Shown here: positions 12,600-24,787 of the stretch, in pieces
Layout of the letters: each line of letters opens with the position of its first letter
Numbering within the stretch: the stretch's first letter is position 1
Assembly: GCA_024679065.1 (NCBI GenBank)
Contig: JAGIQG010000003.1
Coordinates: 60,822,001-60,886,000, forward strand
Direction of reading: 5' to 3'
DNA length: 64,000 nt
Origin: Sphyrna mokarran
Taxonomy: Eukaryota
Made by a program: the position numbers and the translations under genes
Notes under the pieces: model-generated
The model's input: the letters and a program-made list of their open reading frames with translations, nothing else
Told to the model about the DNA's origin: nothing
The model's database searches: none

Positions 12600-13370
12600 T
12601 GTGCGGGGCATCTTGTAGGGGATACAACTACCACTGTACACTGGCAGTTGTGGGAATGAATGCCTAAAGCTGATGAGTGGTTTGATTTATCCAGGGTTGT
12701 GTCCAGATCTTCTTTGTTGCAACTGTGTTCATACAGGAAAGTGAAGAATATTCCATTTCACTCCTGACTTTTGCCTTGTAGATGATGGATGGTCTCTGGG
12801 GAGATTGGAGATGAATTACTGCCACAGATTTCCCAGCCTCTGACCTGCTCCTTTAGCTACTGAGCTGATGTAATTGGTTCAGTTAAATTTTTGTTCAGCA
12901 CTAACTTCCATGATGGTGATGGTTAAGCCATTGAATGTCAAGGGGAGGTGGTTAGACACACTGTTGGAAATGATCTTTGCATGGCGCTTGTGTCATTAGT
13001 GTTACCCCCCACTTAGTGGCCCAGGCTTGGATGTCCGGGACTTGCTGCATGTGGGCATGGTTTGCTGAGTTGCCAATGGGACTCATCACTTAGCAGTCTC
13101 TCTTCTGAATTCATGATGGAAAGAAAGTCATTGATGAAGCAGTTAAAGCAGATTGGACCTAGGACGTTACCCTGAGGAGTTTCTATGATGTCTAAGGGGC
13201 TCTGGTAACTGTCCTCCAACAATCACTACTACCTTTTTTTAACTAGATATAACCAGTGAAGAGGTTAGCCCCCATTGATTTCAATTTTGTTATGGCTCCT
13301 TGATATCACTGTCAAATACTGTCTTGATGTCAAGGGCTGTCTCTCGCTTCACATCAGAATTCAAGCCCTT
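12600..13370 (-). mobile_element. Degenerate LINE (CR1/L2-group) RT fragment
   Basis: Minus ORF 13013-13222 contains PQGNVLGPICFNCFIND (RT motif PQGSVLGP.LF..FIND). Confidence 0.7.
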
Positions 13371-15025
13371 TGCCTTTGTTTTGACAAAACAGCAATATTA
13401 TGGCAGTTTAGCATTTGCTCTGTGTAAATTCTATTCACAAATGGTGGTGCATTTCCAATCATTATAATGTAAGATATGTTATTGGGTGGTGCAAGATAAG
13501 AATGTACAGCAGGAAAGATTTTTTTAGATATCATGTATTTTTGACACAACGGTTGATTTTGGTTACCAGGATTAGATTAATCTCATGTCTCTCAGTTAGG
13601 AAGGGGAAAAGTCAATTAGTGTCAGTGTTCCTGATAGCCCAGTAATGCTGGGAGGAACACATCTTATCTATCAGATCACATTCTGAGGTAAATGTTAGAA
13701 GGCAGCTGGAGATCTCATGGTTCAGGGGGAAGATCACACATGTAAACTGGTGTTCCACAGTGTGCATTTTCCAGTCAGTAATCATTCTAACTCCCCATCC
13801 TTGATTTCCCAAAGCAAGCAATGCTCCTTCAAAAAAATCAGAAAATAAACAGTTAAATCTTATTTGCTCAAAACTGCAATTGACTAACTAACATTAGCCT
13901 GTGGTTTTAAATGTAAAAATGTCAGAGGTACATGGAATAGAGATTTCGATTGTACTGTAACAGAATTTCGCCATCTTGCAAAATAGTGTTGTAAAATTCA
14001 CTTGTTTATAATAGGAAAATAATTTGTGTTGTTCAGTGTTAATTGCAAAACAATTTGGCATATAGTATGTTTCATTTTTATTGCCTCTTCCTCCAAGTTT
14101 ACCACTGATAGTGTAATTTTTGATTTAAAAGTCCAGGCTTATGTCAGAAACAAATATCAAAAAGTTATTTTTGCTATTATCCATCTTATTAAAAGAAACA
14201 AGCGCTATTTCCACTGCAACCTGCAAATGTCCTTTATCAAATCTGGTGTTGTTTTCTCTATATGCCTTAGGTGATCACTGTCTGCCTTGAAATAGCAGTT
14301 AGATGTACTTCTAAATTTTTAAATTTACTGGTTGTGCAGTAATTCCCAGGGATTTAGAAATTTGCATGGAGTTGACCCCCACAATCAATAATTATTATTA
14401 CAATATTGAAATTTGATTTCATTTTTATTTGAGACTTGGTGAAAAGCTATGACTAATTGTATATGGTAACCATTGGTTCAACATAGAAGTGCTTTAACTA
14501 TTGGCAGAGTTATATACCTTAAGAAATCAGCTTCTTGTTAGCACAAATTTTGTGTAGAAGTTTTTAACCCTTCTAGTTGATTTAAACCAAAATATTTATG
14601 GTGAAATTGCTCAGTTATCTGTTGCATATGGAATTGAAGCTAGTGGCTTTCAAATCTTACTCTATAAGGGCTCTGCTGATATTGTTAGTAGCCTCCTGGG
14701 TTTCTTTCTCTTTCAGCTTTTCCCATGTTATGTGGCATTGCCGCAGTGCTAAATGCGATATTTACAGGGTCAACCATTTTGTTTTGCCATTGTTGCTCAT
14801 CTGAAATTGAATCAAATTGTCTTATGCTTTGCTTTTAGAGAACAACTTGTAGGAAATAGTTTCAGGAGGAACAAGAGACTTTTTTTCTACTCTGGTTTAG
14901 TTTTGACCACAAATTTGTTGCATTATTTTATAGAAATGGATATTTCATTGTTTGAATTTTTACAGTAGGAACAGAAAGATGCTGAACATGTATTTTTTTT
15001 TGTTGCACAGCTCCTGAGAAACACC

Positions 15026-15095
15026 ATGAACCCAGTATACAGTTCAGCCGCCTCAGGGGTTCCATACGCAAATCCAAAAGGAATTGGATACCCAG
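15026..15095 (+). CDS. FAM168B: FAM168B coding exon (exon 2; exon starts 15011): MNPVYSSAASGVPYANPKGIGYP
   Basis: Acceptor ttttgttgcacag|, Kozak aacaccATG, donor CCAG|gtaaat. The peptide is recognisable as the FAM168B N-terminus. Confidence 0.95.
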
Positions 15096-15871
15096 GTAAA
15101 TTGATGAATTAATCTTTGAAATATGTTTGGTTAATAAAAAATATAATTGATTATTGTTGGGAGGGGTGGGAGAGATTAATGGAGAAGATTAAATGAAGTA
15201 GTGATTCCTCATGACTTTATCTCAGGAGCTACACTGGATAAATTAAAACGGCCTGACTGCAGAAACACAAGATGTATATATCCTGGATAATGTAGTGTCG
15301 TTACTGTTATTGGGGTTGGATTTTAAACAGGCTACCGCCAAGTCACTTTTCATTGCTATGACTTCAATCTTTCCATATTTGTGTTCGTGGCTCACATTCA
15401 AGTCACTTTTACACTGTGGGTAGAGTTATTTCCTTCAACCTCACTTTATTTGAGTCCACCCTGTCATCAGCACTTGGGAATGGAGGGATACAAATGGATT
15501 ATCTAGTTAGGAACACATGATCAGTGCAGGCTTGAAGGGCTAAAGGGCCTGTTCCTGTGCTGTATTGATCTTTGTTCTTTGAATTTGAAGAAACATGCTT
15601 GAAGACAAGGGTATTATTTGATCATTGAATTGTATAAAAAGGGAAACTGATATTCATTTTTGAACCTTCGTTCCTTCTGTCATTGGACAGTGATTCTGAA
15701 ACCCTTGGAATGTAGTAAGCAGCATAGTCTAGATTTATACTGAATAGTATTTAAACTTTAGTTTCATGGGAAATCACATTTTGTGTAATGTACTTGTGCA
15801 TAACTGTTGCTTCTGTAGTAATCAATCTAATTCTTTTGACTAATTTTAAATTTGATCTCTTTTAAACAAAG

Positions 15872-15955
15872 CAGGTTTTCCGGTGGGTTATGCAGCGGCT
15901 GCTCCTGCCTTTTCTCCTACTATGTATGCTGGTACAAACCCAGCCTTCCCTACAG
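15872..15955 (+). CDS. FAM168B: FAM168B exon 3: (A)GFPVGYAAAAPAFSPTMYAGTNPAFPT
   Basis: 84 nt, phase 1/1. Acceptor aaacaaag|CAG (NAGNAG), donor ACAG|gtatca. In frame with neighbouring exons. Confidence 0.93.
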
Positions 15956-16237
15956 GTATCACACTTTGTTAATGATTACCTTGTACGTAAGTGGTCTTGC
16001 ATAGCAAAAGTGTCTGTTTAACATTACAACTCTAATTGATTTACAAGATAGACAATGATTTCCTTAATATCTTAGTACAGACTGGAACTGAATAATTTGA
16101 AATATTCTGCAATTATTCGATTTAATCCTTAAAGGTAAAAAGTAACGAGTGAATGATCACGTATCTTTAAATCAGTAAATGCTGCATTATTTGAGAGTTG
16201 ACGTACCAATTTACTTGAGCAGTATTAGAGCTGAGTT

Positions 16238-16334
16238 TGTTCACCTGACGAAGAGCACAGCCTCGAAAGCTTGTGTGAGTTTACAATCAAATAAATCGAT
16301 TGGACTTAAACCTGGTGTTGTTATACTTCTTACT
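16238..16334 (+). ncRNA. Penelope-derived short repeat with minimal hammerhead ribozyme core
   Basis: cac-CTGACGA(16245-16251)-a-gag..ctc-GAAA(16265-16268)-GCTT-gtg, followed by the family tail aaataaatc..ttggacttaaacctggtgttg..cttact. Confidence 0.65.
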
Positions 16335-17559
16335 TCGTTCTGCTTTGACTGGTAGCTTAGCACCAAATGCAGGAGACTTCTACCTCATGAGTGAGATTAA
16401 AAGCTTGCATGCAAAACATTCCAAAATCAGAATTATTTGCAGCGTATTAACTGTTATGGGCAAAAGTAACAGCCATTTTACATAGTCATATCTCACAATA
16501 TATGATGGCCAGTAAATTTGATTTTTGACAATCGTTGGGCCTGTGATGTTAGCCAGATTACTGGCAGAACCCACTGCTTCTCTTCAAATGGATATGCCAC
16601 TTCCTCCCTACTTGCTAAATTTAAATGTTAATTATGTGCTAAAGTTGATTCTGCAAGCTACTGACTCAAACGAGAGCACAATTGATGAGCCACGTTAACA
16701 CTCTTCAAGGATTTTCATTTCTTACATCCTTGCGATGACTTGGATAATTGGGTAACTGCAACCATTGCTGTGTAGAAACTGGGTTGAGAGCGCTCCTAGT
16801 TAACTTGCTGAAGAAATTTGCAATAGGTAATGAACTTTCAACCCAATTCAATTTTTGGTTCTGCAAGTTAAAGCGCTAACCAACAGCACACTTTGTGAAG
16901 TTCATATAAATCCCACATCCATTCGAGAATAGGCATTTGATTTTACTGTCTCATGTCGGGAGGCTGTGTACTCCAAAAGGAGAAACATTTGAATGGGTAT
17001 GTGCTAAGTATTTCTGAGCTGAACATTTCTGTAATTCCAGTAATTTGAATTTATTTAACACTTTTGAATTGATAAATATGGTGAGGTAGCAGAGATCCCG
17101 AGTAGTAAAAAGAATTGGAGAATGCAGGTATTAACATAACTTAAGGATAAAACATTTGTAGTTTTATGGAATTAAAACATAAGATTCATTAAGAGACGTT
17201 AGGTATTTCCTGATCCCATTGTTCATTTGGACAGATGAAATGAGATGCCAACATTTGTGTGCAAATCAATTACATTCAGCCACTTATCAGTCAGCCTGCA
17301 GACTTACGGCCTAAAGCACTGTATTGTTTGCTTTGGAAGGGGCAAGTTGGAGAATCACTGTCAAGTTTCATGTCTTCACAAAAGCAGGAATGATGCAGAC
17401 ATTGTGGTTGAGGAGTGTAAAATATGGGATGAGTTGAACGTAGTGAAAAAAAGAAATACTAAGGTGTTCACTATCTTTGAAAGTGGGTTTATCACTAGCC
17501 TAGTTGAATTGTATCCCAAGTTTTTAAAAGATGCAAGAGACCTTCAGCATAATTTTCCA

Positions 17560-18830
17560 ATTCTCTCAGGCATGATGTTGGGCACTGTTAACTTTACTGT
17601 TTTAAAAGAGAGAAAGGGATTAATTAAGTCATTGTAGACTAGTCAGCCTAACGTCAGTGCTAGGACAATTGGAAAAGAATTGAGAGACAGTATAAAACAT
17701 AATTTAGAAAGACGAGGATTAATCAGTGACAGTTGTGCATTTGTCAAGGGAAGGTTGTGTTTGCCTAACTTGATTGAACTTTTTAAGGTGGCAAGGAAGA
17801 TCAGATAGGGTAGTGTATAGGTGCCTGGATTTTAGCAAGGATTTTGACAAGAATCCCAGTTGGCAATCTGATCAGAAAACTAAGAACCTTTTGAATCCAT
17901 TGACAAATAGAAGGTTGGATCTGAAATTGGCTCCCTTAGAGAAAGCAGTGGATTATGATTGGTTTTGCTGTGACTGATGATTTGTTGCAAGATTCTGCAA
18001 GGCTCAGTACTCAGTCCATAGGTTTTTGTGATTTATATCAATTTTTAGACAAAATGCTAGCAACATGTTAAGCTTTCAGTAGATATGAAAGTTAGTTGCT
18101 GATTGGTAGTGAGGAAGAAAGCTGTAGGCTGCGGGAAGAATTTCCTGTCAAGCTGACAGAAAATTGGTAAATGGAATTCGTTCTGGAGACTTGAGAATTA
18201 AGGCGTTTGGGGGACGCTGAAAAGTGGACCTTGGAGTGAATGTCTGTCCACAGATCAGTGAGGGTAACAAGACAAGAAGATAAAGTAATTAATAAGGCAC
18301 ACTTGCCTTTATTAGCTGAGGCATAGAATATAAGAGAGGGTTAATTATGCTAGAACTATATAAAAAAACTAGATTACAGTTAGATAACTGCATACCATTC
18401 TGGTCACAATGTTGCAGAAATGATATGATTACACTGGAGAGGTGACAAAGGAGATTTGAGGATGTTGCGAGAAATGCGGTAACTTAATTATGAGATAAGA
18501 TTGTATAGCTGGAGTCGATTTCTTTGGAGGAGGCTGAGGAAAAATTTAGTTGAGGAATATAGAATTAAATGAGCCTGGAGTGGATAGGAAGGACCTATTT
18601 CCCTTAAAGGAGAAGTCAATAACTAGGGGACATAAACTTAAAATAATTGCTAGAAGGATAAGAGGGGAATTCACATTTCTTTTTCCACAGAGGTAGCAGG
18701 GGTCTGGAGCACGTCGGCTGAATGGAAAGCAGAGCCAGATCTTAATGTATCTTTACAAAAATGTATACATGCACATAAATTGTTGTAACCTACAAGGCTA
18801 TGAACAAAGGGCTGGGAGGTTGAATTGAGC
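17560..18830 (+). mobile_element. Old degenerate CR1-type LINE (RT region to 3' end)
   Basis: Fragments such as FVKGRLCLPNLIE, LDFSKDFDK, QGSVL and YCIPFWS, with many stops and frameshifts. Confidence 0.8.
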
Positions 18831-18832
18831 TT

Positions 18833-18933
18833 GATACTGGCGTTTGCCTGAGGAAGACACAGTGTTGAAAGCTCGCAATTTTACTATCAAATAAATCGGT
18901 TGGATTAAAAATTGGTGTTGCTAAATTCTTACT
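18833..18933 (+). ncRNA. Penelope-derived short repeat with minimal hammerhead core
   Basis: ttgc-CTGAGGA(18848-18854)-agacacagtgtt-GAAA(18867-18870)-GCTC-gcaa. Same tail as 24790-24841, ending cttact. Confidence 0.65.
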
Positions 18934-19073
18934 GAGACAAAATGGACCAGATCAAGGTCTATAATGTTGTAAACGTTTCCATGTTTCTCTTTCTGCCATA
19001 GGCTTTGCTTCTTAGTAAATTATGAATCCCTGGTTGGTAATTGTTCTAACAACTGAATTATGTTTTGTTTCAG

Positions 19074-19216
19074 GTTATACACCAGGCACACCTTATAAAG
19101 TCTCATGTTCTCCAACCAGTGGAGCGGTGCCACCTTACTCCTCTTCTCCAAACCCATACCAGACAGCTGTATACCCAGTTCGAAGTGCCTATCCACAGCA
19201 GAACCCTTATGCACAG
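19074..19216 (+). CDS. FAM168B: FAM168B exon 4: [48 protein letters not shown]
   Basis: Acceptor tgttttgtttcag|, donor GCACAG|gtcagg, 143 nt. Near-identical to the FAM168B peptide as recalled. Confidence 0.96.
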
Positions 19217-19496
19217 GTCAGGATAGACTATTTGTTTAACAAATCTATTAGAAATTACATGCCTTTCAAAATCAAGTATTTGGGCTTCGTCATTCAGTCA
19301 AACATAACTAACATCTCTGTTAAAGAATGAACCCATCGTTTTGCTGTGATATTCAAGCTGGTTCATGTAAACTGTTCATCGGTTGCTGCAATGCAGATAT
19401 TCTTGACTTATAGTTTGTTATACAAAGAAAAGTACAGTACAGGAACAGGCCCTTTGACCCTCCAAGCTGGTGCCACACGTGATGTCGTAACTAAAC

Positions 19497-20831
19497 AAGG
19501 TATTGGAGAGAATTATTAGGGATAGGATTTATAGTTATTTAGAGAGAAATGAATTGATTGGGGATAGTCAGCATGGTTTCGTGAAGGGTAGGTCATGCCT
19601 TACTAACCTCATTGAGTTTTTTGAGAAAGTGACCAGAGAGGTGGATGGGGGTAAGGCGGTTGATGTAGTATATATGGACTTTAGTAAGGCTTTTGATAAG
19701 GTGGCCCATGGAAGACTTCTACAGAAAATGCAGATGTGTGGAATAGAGGGTGATTTAGCTAATTGGATTAGAAATTGGCTGGCAGATAGAAGACAGAGGG
19801 TGGTGGTTGATGGGAGATATTCATCGTGGAGTTCGGTGACGAGTGGTGTGCCTCAGGGGTCTGTTTTGGGGCCCCTGCTGTTTGTAATTTTTATAAATGA
19901 TCTGGATGAGGGTATTGAGGGATGGATCAGTAAATTTGCAGATGATACTAAAGTTGGTGGTGTGGTAGATAGTGAAGAGGGGTGTTTTAGTTTACAGAGT
20001 GACTTGGACAAGTTGCAGAGCTGGGCCGAGAGGTGGCAAATGGAGTTTAATGTGGAAAAGTGTGAGGTAATGCACTTTGGCAGGAACAATAAATGTGTAG
20101 AGTATAGGGCTAATGGTAGGGCTCTTAATAGTGTTGAGGAACAGAAGGATCTTGGTGTATATGTCAATAGATCCCTGAAAGTAGGCAGTCAAGTGGATAA
20201 AGTTGTTAAGAAGGCATATGGAGTCTTAGCTTTTATTGGTAGGGGGATTGAATTTAGGAGCCGCAGCATCATGTTGCAACTGTACAAAACTCTAGTGCGG
20301 CCGCACTTGGAGTATTGTGTGCAGTTCTGGTCCCCACATTATAAGAAAGATGTGGAGGCATTGGAGAGGGTACAGAGGAGGTTTACCAGGATGTTGCCTG
20401 GTATGGAGGGCAGGTCCTATGAAGAGAGGTTGAAGGATTTGAGGTTGTTTTCGTTAGAAAGGAGGCGGCTAAGAGGGGATCTTATTGAAGCATATAAGAT
20501 GATTAGAGGTTTAGATAGGGTGGACAGTGATAGCCTTTTTCCTAGGATGGAGAAAGCTAGCACGAGGGGACACAGCTTTAAATTAAGGGGTATGAGTTAT
20601 AGGACGGATATCAGAGGTAGGTTCTTTACTCAAAGAGTGATTAGGGAGTGGAATGCCCTGCCTGCAGCTGTTGTAGATGCGCCAAGTTTGGTGGCGTTTA
20701 AGAGGTTAATTGATAAGTATATGGAAGAGAAGGGAATGGTTTAGTTTGGAGGGGCATTGCTTTTTATTTTGGTCGGCACAACATCGAAGGCCGAAGGGTC
20801 TGTTCTGTGCTGTATTGTTCTATGTTCTATG
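19497..20831 (+). mobile_element. Young 5'-truncated CR1/HER1-type LINE with uninterrupted 413-aa RT ORF (19503-20744); TSD TAAAC
   Basis: SQHGFVKGRSCLTNL, YMDFSKAFDKV, GVPQGSVLGPLLF, KFADDTK, RPHLEYCVQFWSP, with no stops. (TTCTATG)n tail. TAAAC at 19492-19496 and 20832-20836. Confidence 0.95.
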
Positions 20832-21490
20832 TAAACTTTAAAAAAAAACCCTCTTAACCTTCTGCCATTATTTGGTCCTTCTCCCTTTGTTGCTCCCCCA
20901 TTCATGTATCCAGTCATTTGCCTCTTGCAACATTGCCTGTTTCCACCTCTAGCAACACATTCCAGGCACACACCACACCCTGCATGAAAAAAAATTCCCC
21001 CATCTGTCTCCCTTAAACTCCACACCCTCCTACCTTAAAAATGTGCCCACTTGAAGCTGATACTTTCAGCCTGAGAAAAAGCCTCTGACTATCCATCTTG
21101 TCTATGACTCATAATTTTGTACATCTCTATCAGGCTTCTCCTCAGCCTCCATCTTTCCAGTGAAAACAATCATAATTTATTCAACCTCTCCTCGTAGTCA
21201 ACATCCTTGAGACCATGCAACATCCTGTGAACCACTTTCTTCAAAGCTTCCACGTCCTTCTGGTGTGGTGACCAGAACTATACGCAGTATTCTAAAGGTT
21301 TTATATAGGTGCAACATGATTTCCCAACTCTTGTATTCAATGCCCTAACTATTAAAGAAAAGCATGCCATGTGCTGTGTTAATCATTTTGGCCACCTGTC
21401 TTGCAGCTTTTACAGAACTGTGGACCTGCATGTCCAGATTCCTCAATGTTAATGTTCCTAAGGGTTCTTTCCTTTACAGTATAATTCTCC

Positions 21491-21694
21491 GGTTTCCTCC
21501 CACATCCCAGAGGTGTGCTCTTAGGCTAATTGGCAAAACAAATTCTCCCTAAATTGTCTCAAATTTGGTTTTTAATCCATAGATCTATAAACATGGACAG
21601 GGATCGCGGGTAGAGGTGGGAACATCGGGGTGGCAGCATGGGCTCGTTGGGCCGAAGAACCTGTTTCCCGTGCTGTTTTGTTCTTTGTTCTTTG
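21491..21694 (+). mobile_element. 5'-truncated V-SINE-like insertion with CR1-type (TTCTTTG)n tail; TSD ATTCTCC
   Basis: ggtttcctcccacatcccagaggtgtg..ttaggctaattgg core and gggccgaagaacctgtttcc tail. ATTCTCC at 21484-21490 and 21695-21701. Confidence 0.7.
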
Positions 21695-23503
21695 ATTCTC
21701 CAAAATGCATCACCTCGTATTTGTCCTGATAAACTCCATCTGCCATTCTGTGCTCAAGTCTCCAATCCATATCCTGTTGAATCCTTTGGCAATCCCCGGC
21801 ACTTTGAGCAACTCCTTCAATCTTTGTGTATCTGCAAGCTTACTAATCAGACCACCCACATTTTCTTCCACGTCATTTACGTACACTACAGAAAACAGCA
21901 GTCCATGCAGTGATCCCTGCAGAAATACCACTAGCTACAGATCTCCGTTCTGAAAAACACCTTTCCACCGAAATCTGAATTCTGGCTCAAAAATAGGACC
22001 ATTTTCAAGTATACAGATTTCCAGTGGGCTATCAAGGCTGCTTTAATTACTGTTCTTAAGCTTTATTTTTGGTCCCTTGGTTTGGAAGCATTTTAGAAAT
22101 CCTGAACACTTAATTTGTGAATTTAGTCCCACTGCATGATCCAAGTTTGTACGAGATGCTTCTTTAATATTAGCCTCTAAAATCTGTCCACCTTTGTATA
22201 TCAATATGGTTTGAGGAAATAAATCATCAGACAGGTTTATTATTGAAGACTGAGAATTGTTGACTGTAATGATGTTATTGCATTACACACAAGGTCTTGA
22301 ATTCCCATTAAACAATCGCTAATCAGGAAGTTAGCTGATTAGCTCGTATCTTGTTTTAAAATGCTTCAGGGTAGACCTGAGAATGGACCACATGATTTGA
22401 CTTTTGGAAGCTGAGGAATATATTTAATTCATAAACATGATGGTTAGTTGTGTGTTGCCTGACATCATCCTTGCAGTTCATAGCTGGGATGTAGCAATGT
22501 TAGCGGTTTCAGACTCAATTTCTAGTACATCCCCTATTTATCAAGATTTTTAACTTCTGCAATCAAGAATTCAGGAATTTACTAATGTGTTTTTAAAATG
22601 GAGAACTAGCTGGCATGAATTCCAACAAATAATTTAAGCTAAGTCTTTGGGTATTTCTATTTTGAGTTGTACCAAGTTATTAGAATTCTTGTATAATTCA
22701 GTCTGCTAGCATTGAAGAAAGTGAATGAAATATTTGTTGCATAAATTTTGGTGGGTAGATGAAAGACTAAGCATTATCTGCAGCGCAACTTAAGTTGCCA
22801 TACAAGATCGTAATTCACATTGTTGGTTATGTAGCCCATGTATTTGAAAATTGGCAGTGTTTCTGCCCTGATGCTGAACAGTAGAGAACTATAAGAGTTG
22901 ACAAATATTCTGGATTTGCTTGCACAGTGAGCTACCTGTATTGTGGTGTAGGCAAAGGAACGTCATATACACAACTTTACACGCAGCCTGGGCTCATGGG
23001 TGATTTTGGAACTGTCATTTATTTAAAATAGACACTGATGAATTGTTAAGATGACTGCCAGTGGGTCAGGTGAATTTTGCTTAGTCAACACAGACTTATC
23101 AAGCTTCCAGAAAATTTCACGTTGTTTAACTGTGGATGTAATGGACATAAGATAAACAAGTGGATAATCTGCCATTATTTAAACCTTGCACAAAACACAA
23201 TCTAGGAGTCCATTGGTTCTCTCCAGATTTGTTTTTAGAAAACGGAACCTGATGAGACCAATTATCAATCTGTTAAGTGTAAAAGCTCACCATGCAAGTC
23301 CCATTGTATTATCAGTGATCATTTAGCTTTGAGCCATTTTGGGTGAACTATGGCTGTTAATCATTATACCAAAACTGGCTTCTGATACTGAGATCCCTGT
23401 TATCCCAAGACCTGATGTAGAGATGCCGGCGTTGGACTGGGGTAAACTCAGTAAGAGGTCTGGCAACACCAATTTTAAATCCAACTGATTTGTTTGATAG
23501 TAA

Positions 23504-23543
23504 ATCTGCTAGCTTTCGGCGTTTGTGCCTTCATCAGGCAAAT
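23504..23543 (-). ncRNA. Minimal type I hammerhead ribozyme (minus strand, left arm)
   Basis: atttgc-CTGATGA-a-ggc acaaac gcc-GAAA-GCTA-gcagat. Stem I atttgc/gcagat is fully paired, stem II ggc/gcc, palindromic AGCT stem III. Confidence 0.75.
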
Positions 23544-24747
23544 GAGGTGTTCTGGTCTCCAGAAGCACACGTATCAGCACAGACAGTTTACAGATTGCTG
23601 ATTAGAATGCAAATCCTTACACCTAACCTGCTATTCAAGTCTTAAAGTGGCTAACAAAGGAACACTGAGTGCTGAGGTTAGAGAGATGTGTATTGTCTCC
23701 AGACAGCACAGTAAGTGAGATTTTTTGCTAACCCAGGCAAGTCATGGGGGTTACAGATAGTGTGACATGAAGCCAAGATCCCTGTTAAGACCGTCCTCAT
23801 GTGAACTTGGCTATCAGTCTCTGCTCAGCGGCTCTGCGATGTCATGTGTCATGAAGGCCCCCTTGAAGAACGTTTACCTGAAGGCCGGAGGTCGGAGACC
23901 GAATGCCCGTGACCGCTGAAGTGTTCGTCCACAGGAAGGGAACTGTTTTGCCTGGTGATTGTCGAGCGATGTTCATTCATCCGCTGTCGTAGTGTCTGCA
24001 TAGTCTCCCCAATGTACTATGCTTTGGGACATCCTTTCTTGCAGTGTATTAGGTAGACAATATTGGCCGAGTTGCAAGAGTATGTACCGTGTACTTGGTG
24101 AATGGTATTCTCATGTTTGATGATGTCATCCATGTTGATGATCTGGCATGTCCTGCAGAGGTTGTTGTGGCAGGGTTGTGTGGTATTGTGGTCACTGTTT
24201 TCCTGAAGGTTGGGTAGTTTGCTGCGAACAGTGATCTGTTTAAGGTTGCGCGGTTGTCTGAAGGCAAGAAGTGGGGGGGTGGGGATGGCCTTAGCGAGAT
24301 GTTCATCATCAATGATATGTTGAAGACTCCGGAGAAGATGTCGTAGCTTCTCCGCTCCGGGGAAGTACTGGACAACAAAAGGTACTCTGTCCACCGTGTC
24401 CCATGTTCGTCTCTTGAGGTCAGTGTGGTTCATCACTGTAGCACGTCGGAACTGTCGATCGATGAGTTGAGCGCCATATCTTGTTCTCACGAGGGCACGG
24501 TCTTAACAGGGATCTTGTCTTCATGTCACACTATCTGTCACCCCCATGATTTGTCTGGGTTAGCAAAAAACCTCACTTACTGTGCTGTCTGGAGGCAATA
24601 CACATCTCTCTAACCTCAGTGCTCAGTGTTCCTTTGTTAGCCACTTTAAGACTTGAATAGCAGGTTAGGTGTAAGGATTCGCATTCTAATCAGCAATCTG
24701 TAAACTGTCTGTGCTGATGTGTACGCTTTTGGAGACCAGAACACTTC

Positions 24748-24787
24748 ATTCGCCTGATGAAGGCACAAACGCCGAAAGCTAGCAGAT
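24748..24787 (+). ncRNA. Minimal type I hammerhead ribozyme (plus strand, right arm; sense in FAM168B intron 4)
   Basis: attcgc-CTGATGA(24754-24760)-aggcacaaacgcc-GAAA(24774-24777)-GCTA-gcagat. Confidence 0.75.

Larger units (their letters stand above)
19420..21970 (-). mobile_element. Older CR1-type LINE on the minus strand (19420-19496 plus 20832-21970), interrupted by a young CR1 and a SINE
   Basis: Reverse-complement CR1 tail at 19420-19490 (acaggaacaggccc). Minus translation near 21710-21931 reads LQGS..GLLFSVVYVNDVEENVGGLISKLAD. Confidence 0.75.

Noticed and set aside
19022-19330. 102-aa ORF as a standalone gene
   Set aside because: It is FAM168B exon 4 with read-through into flanking introns; canonical splice sites bound 19074-19216.
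19503-20744. 413-aa RT ORF as a domesticated host gene
   Set aside because: It is 5'-truncated mid-ORF2 with a TTG start, a TSD and a CR1 tail. Youth explains the intact frame.
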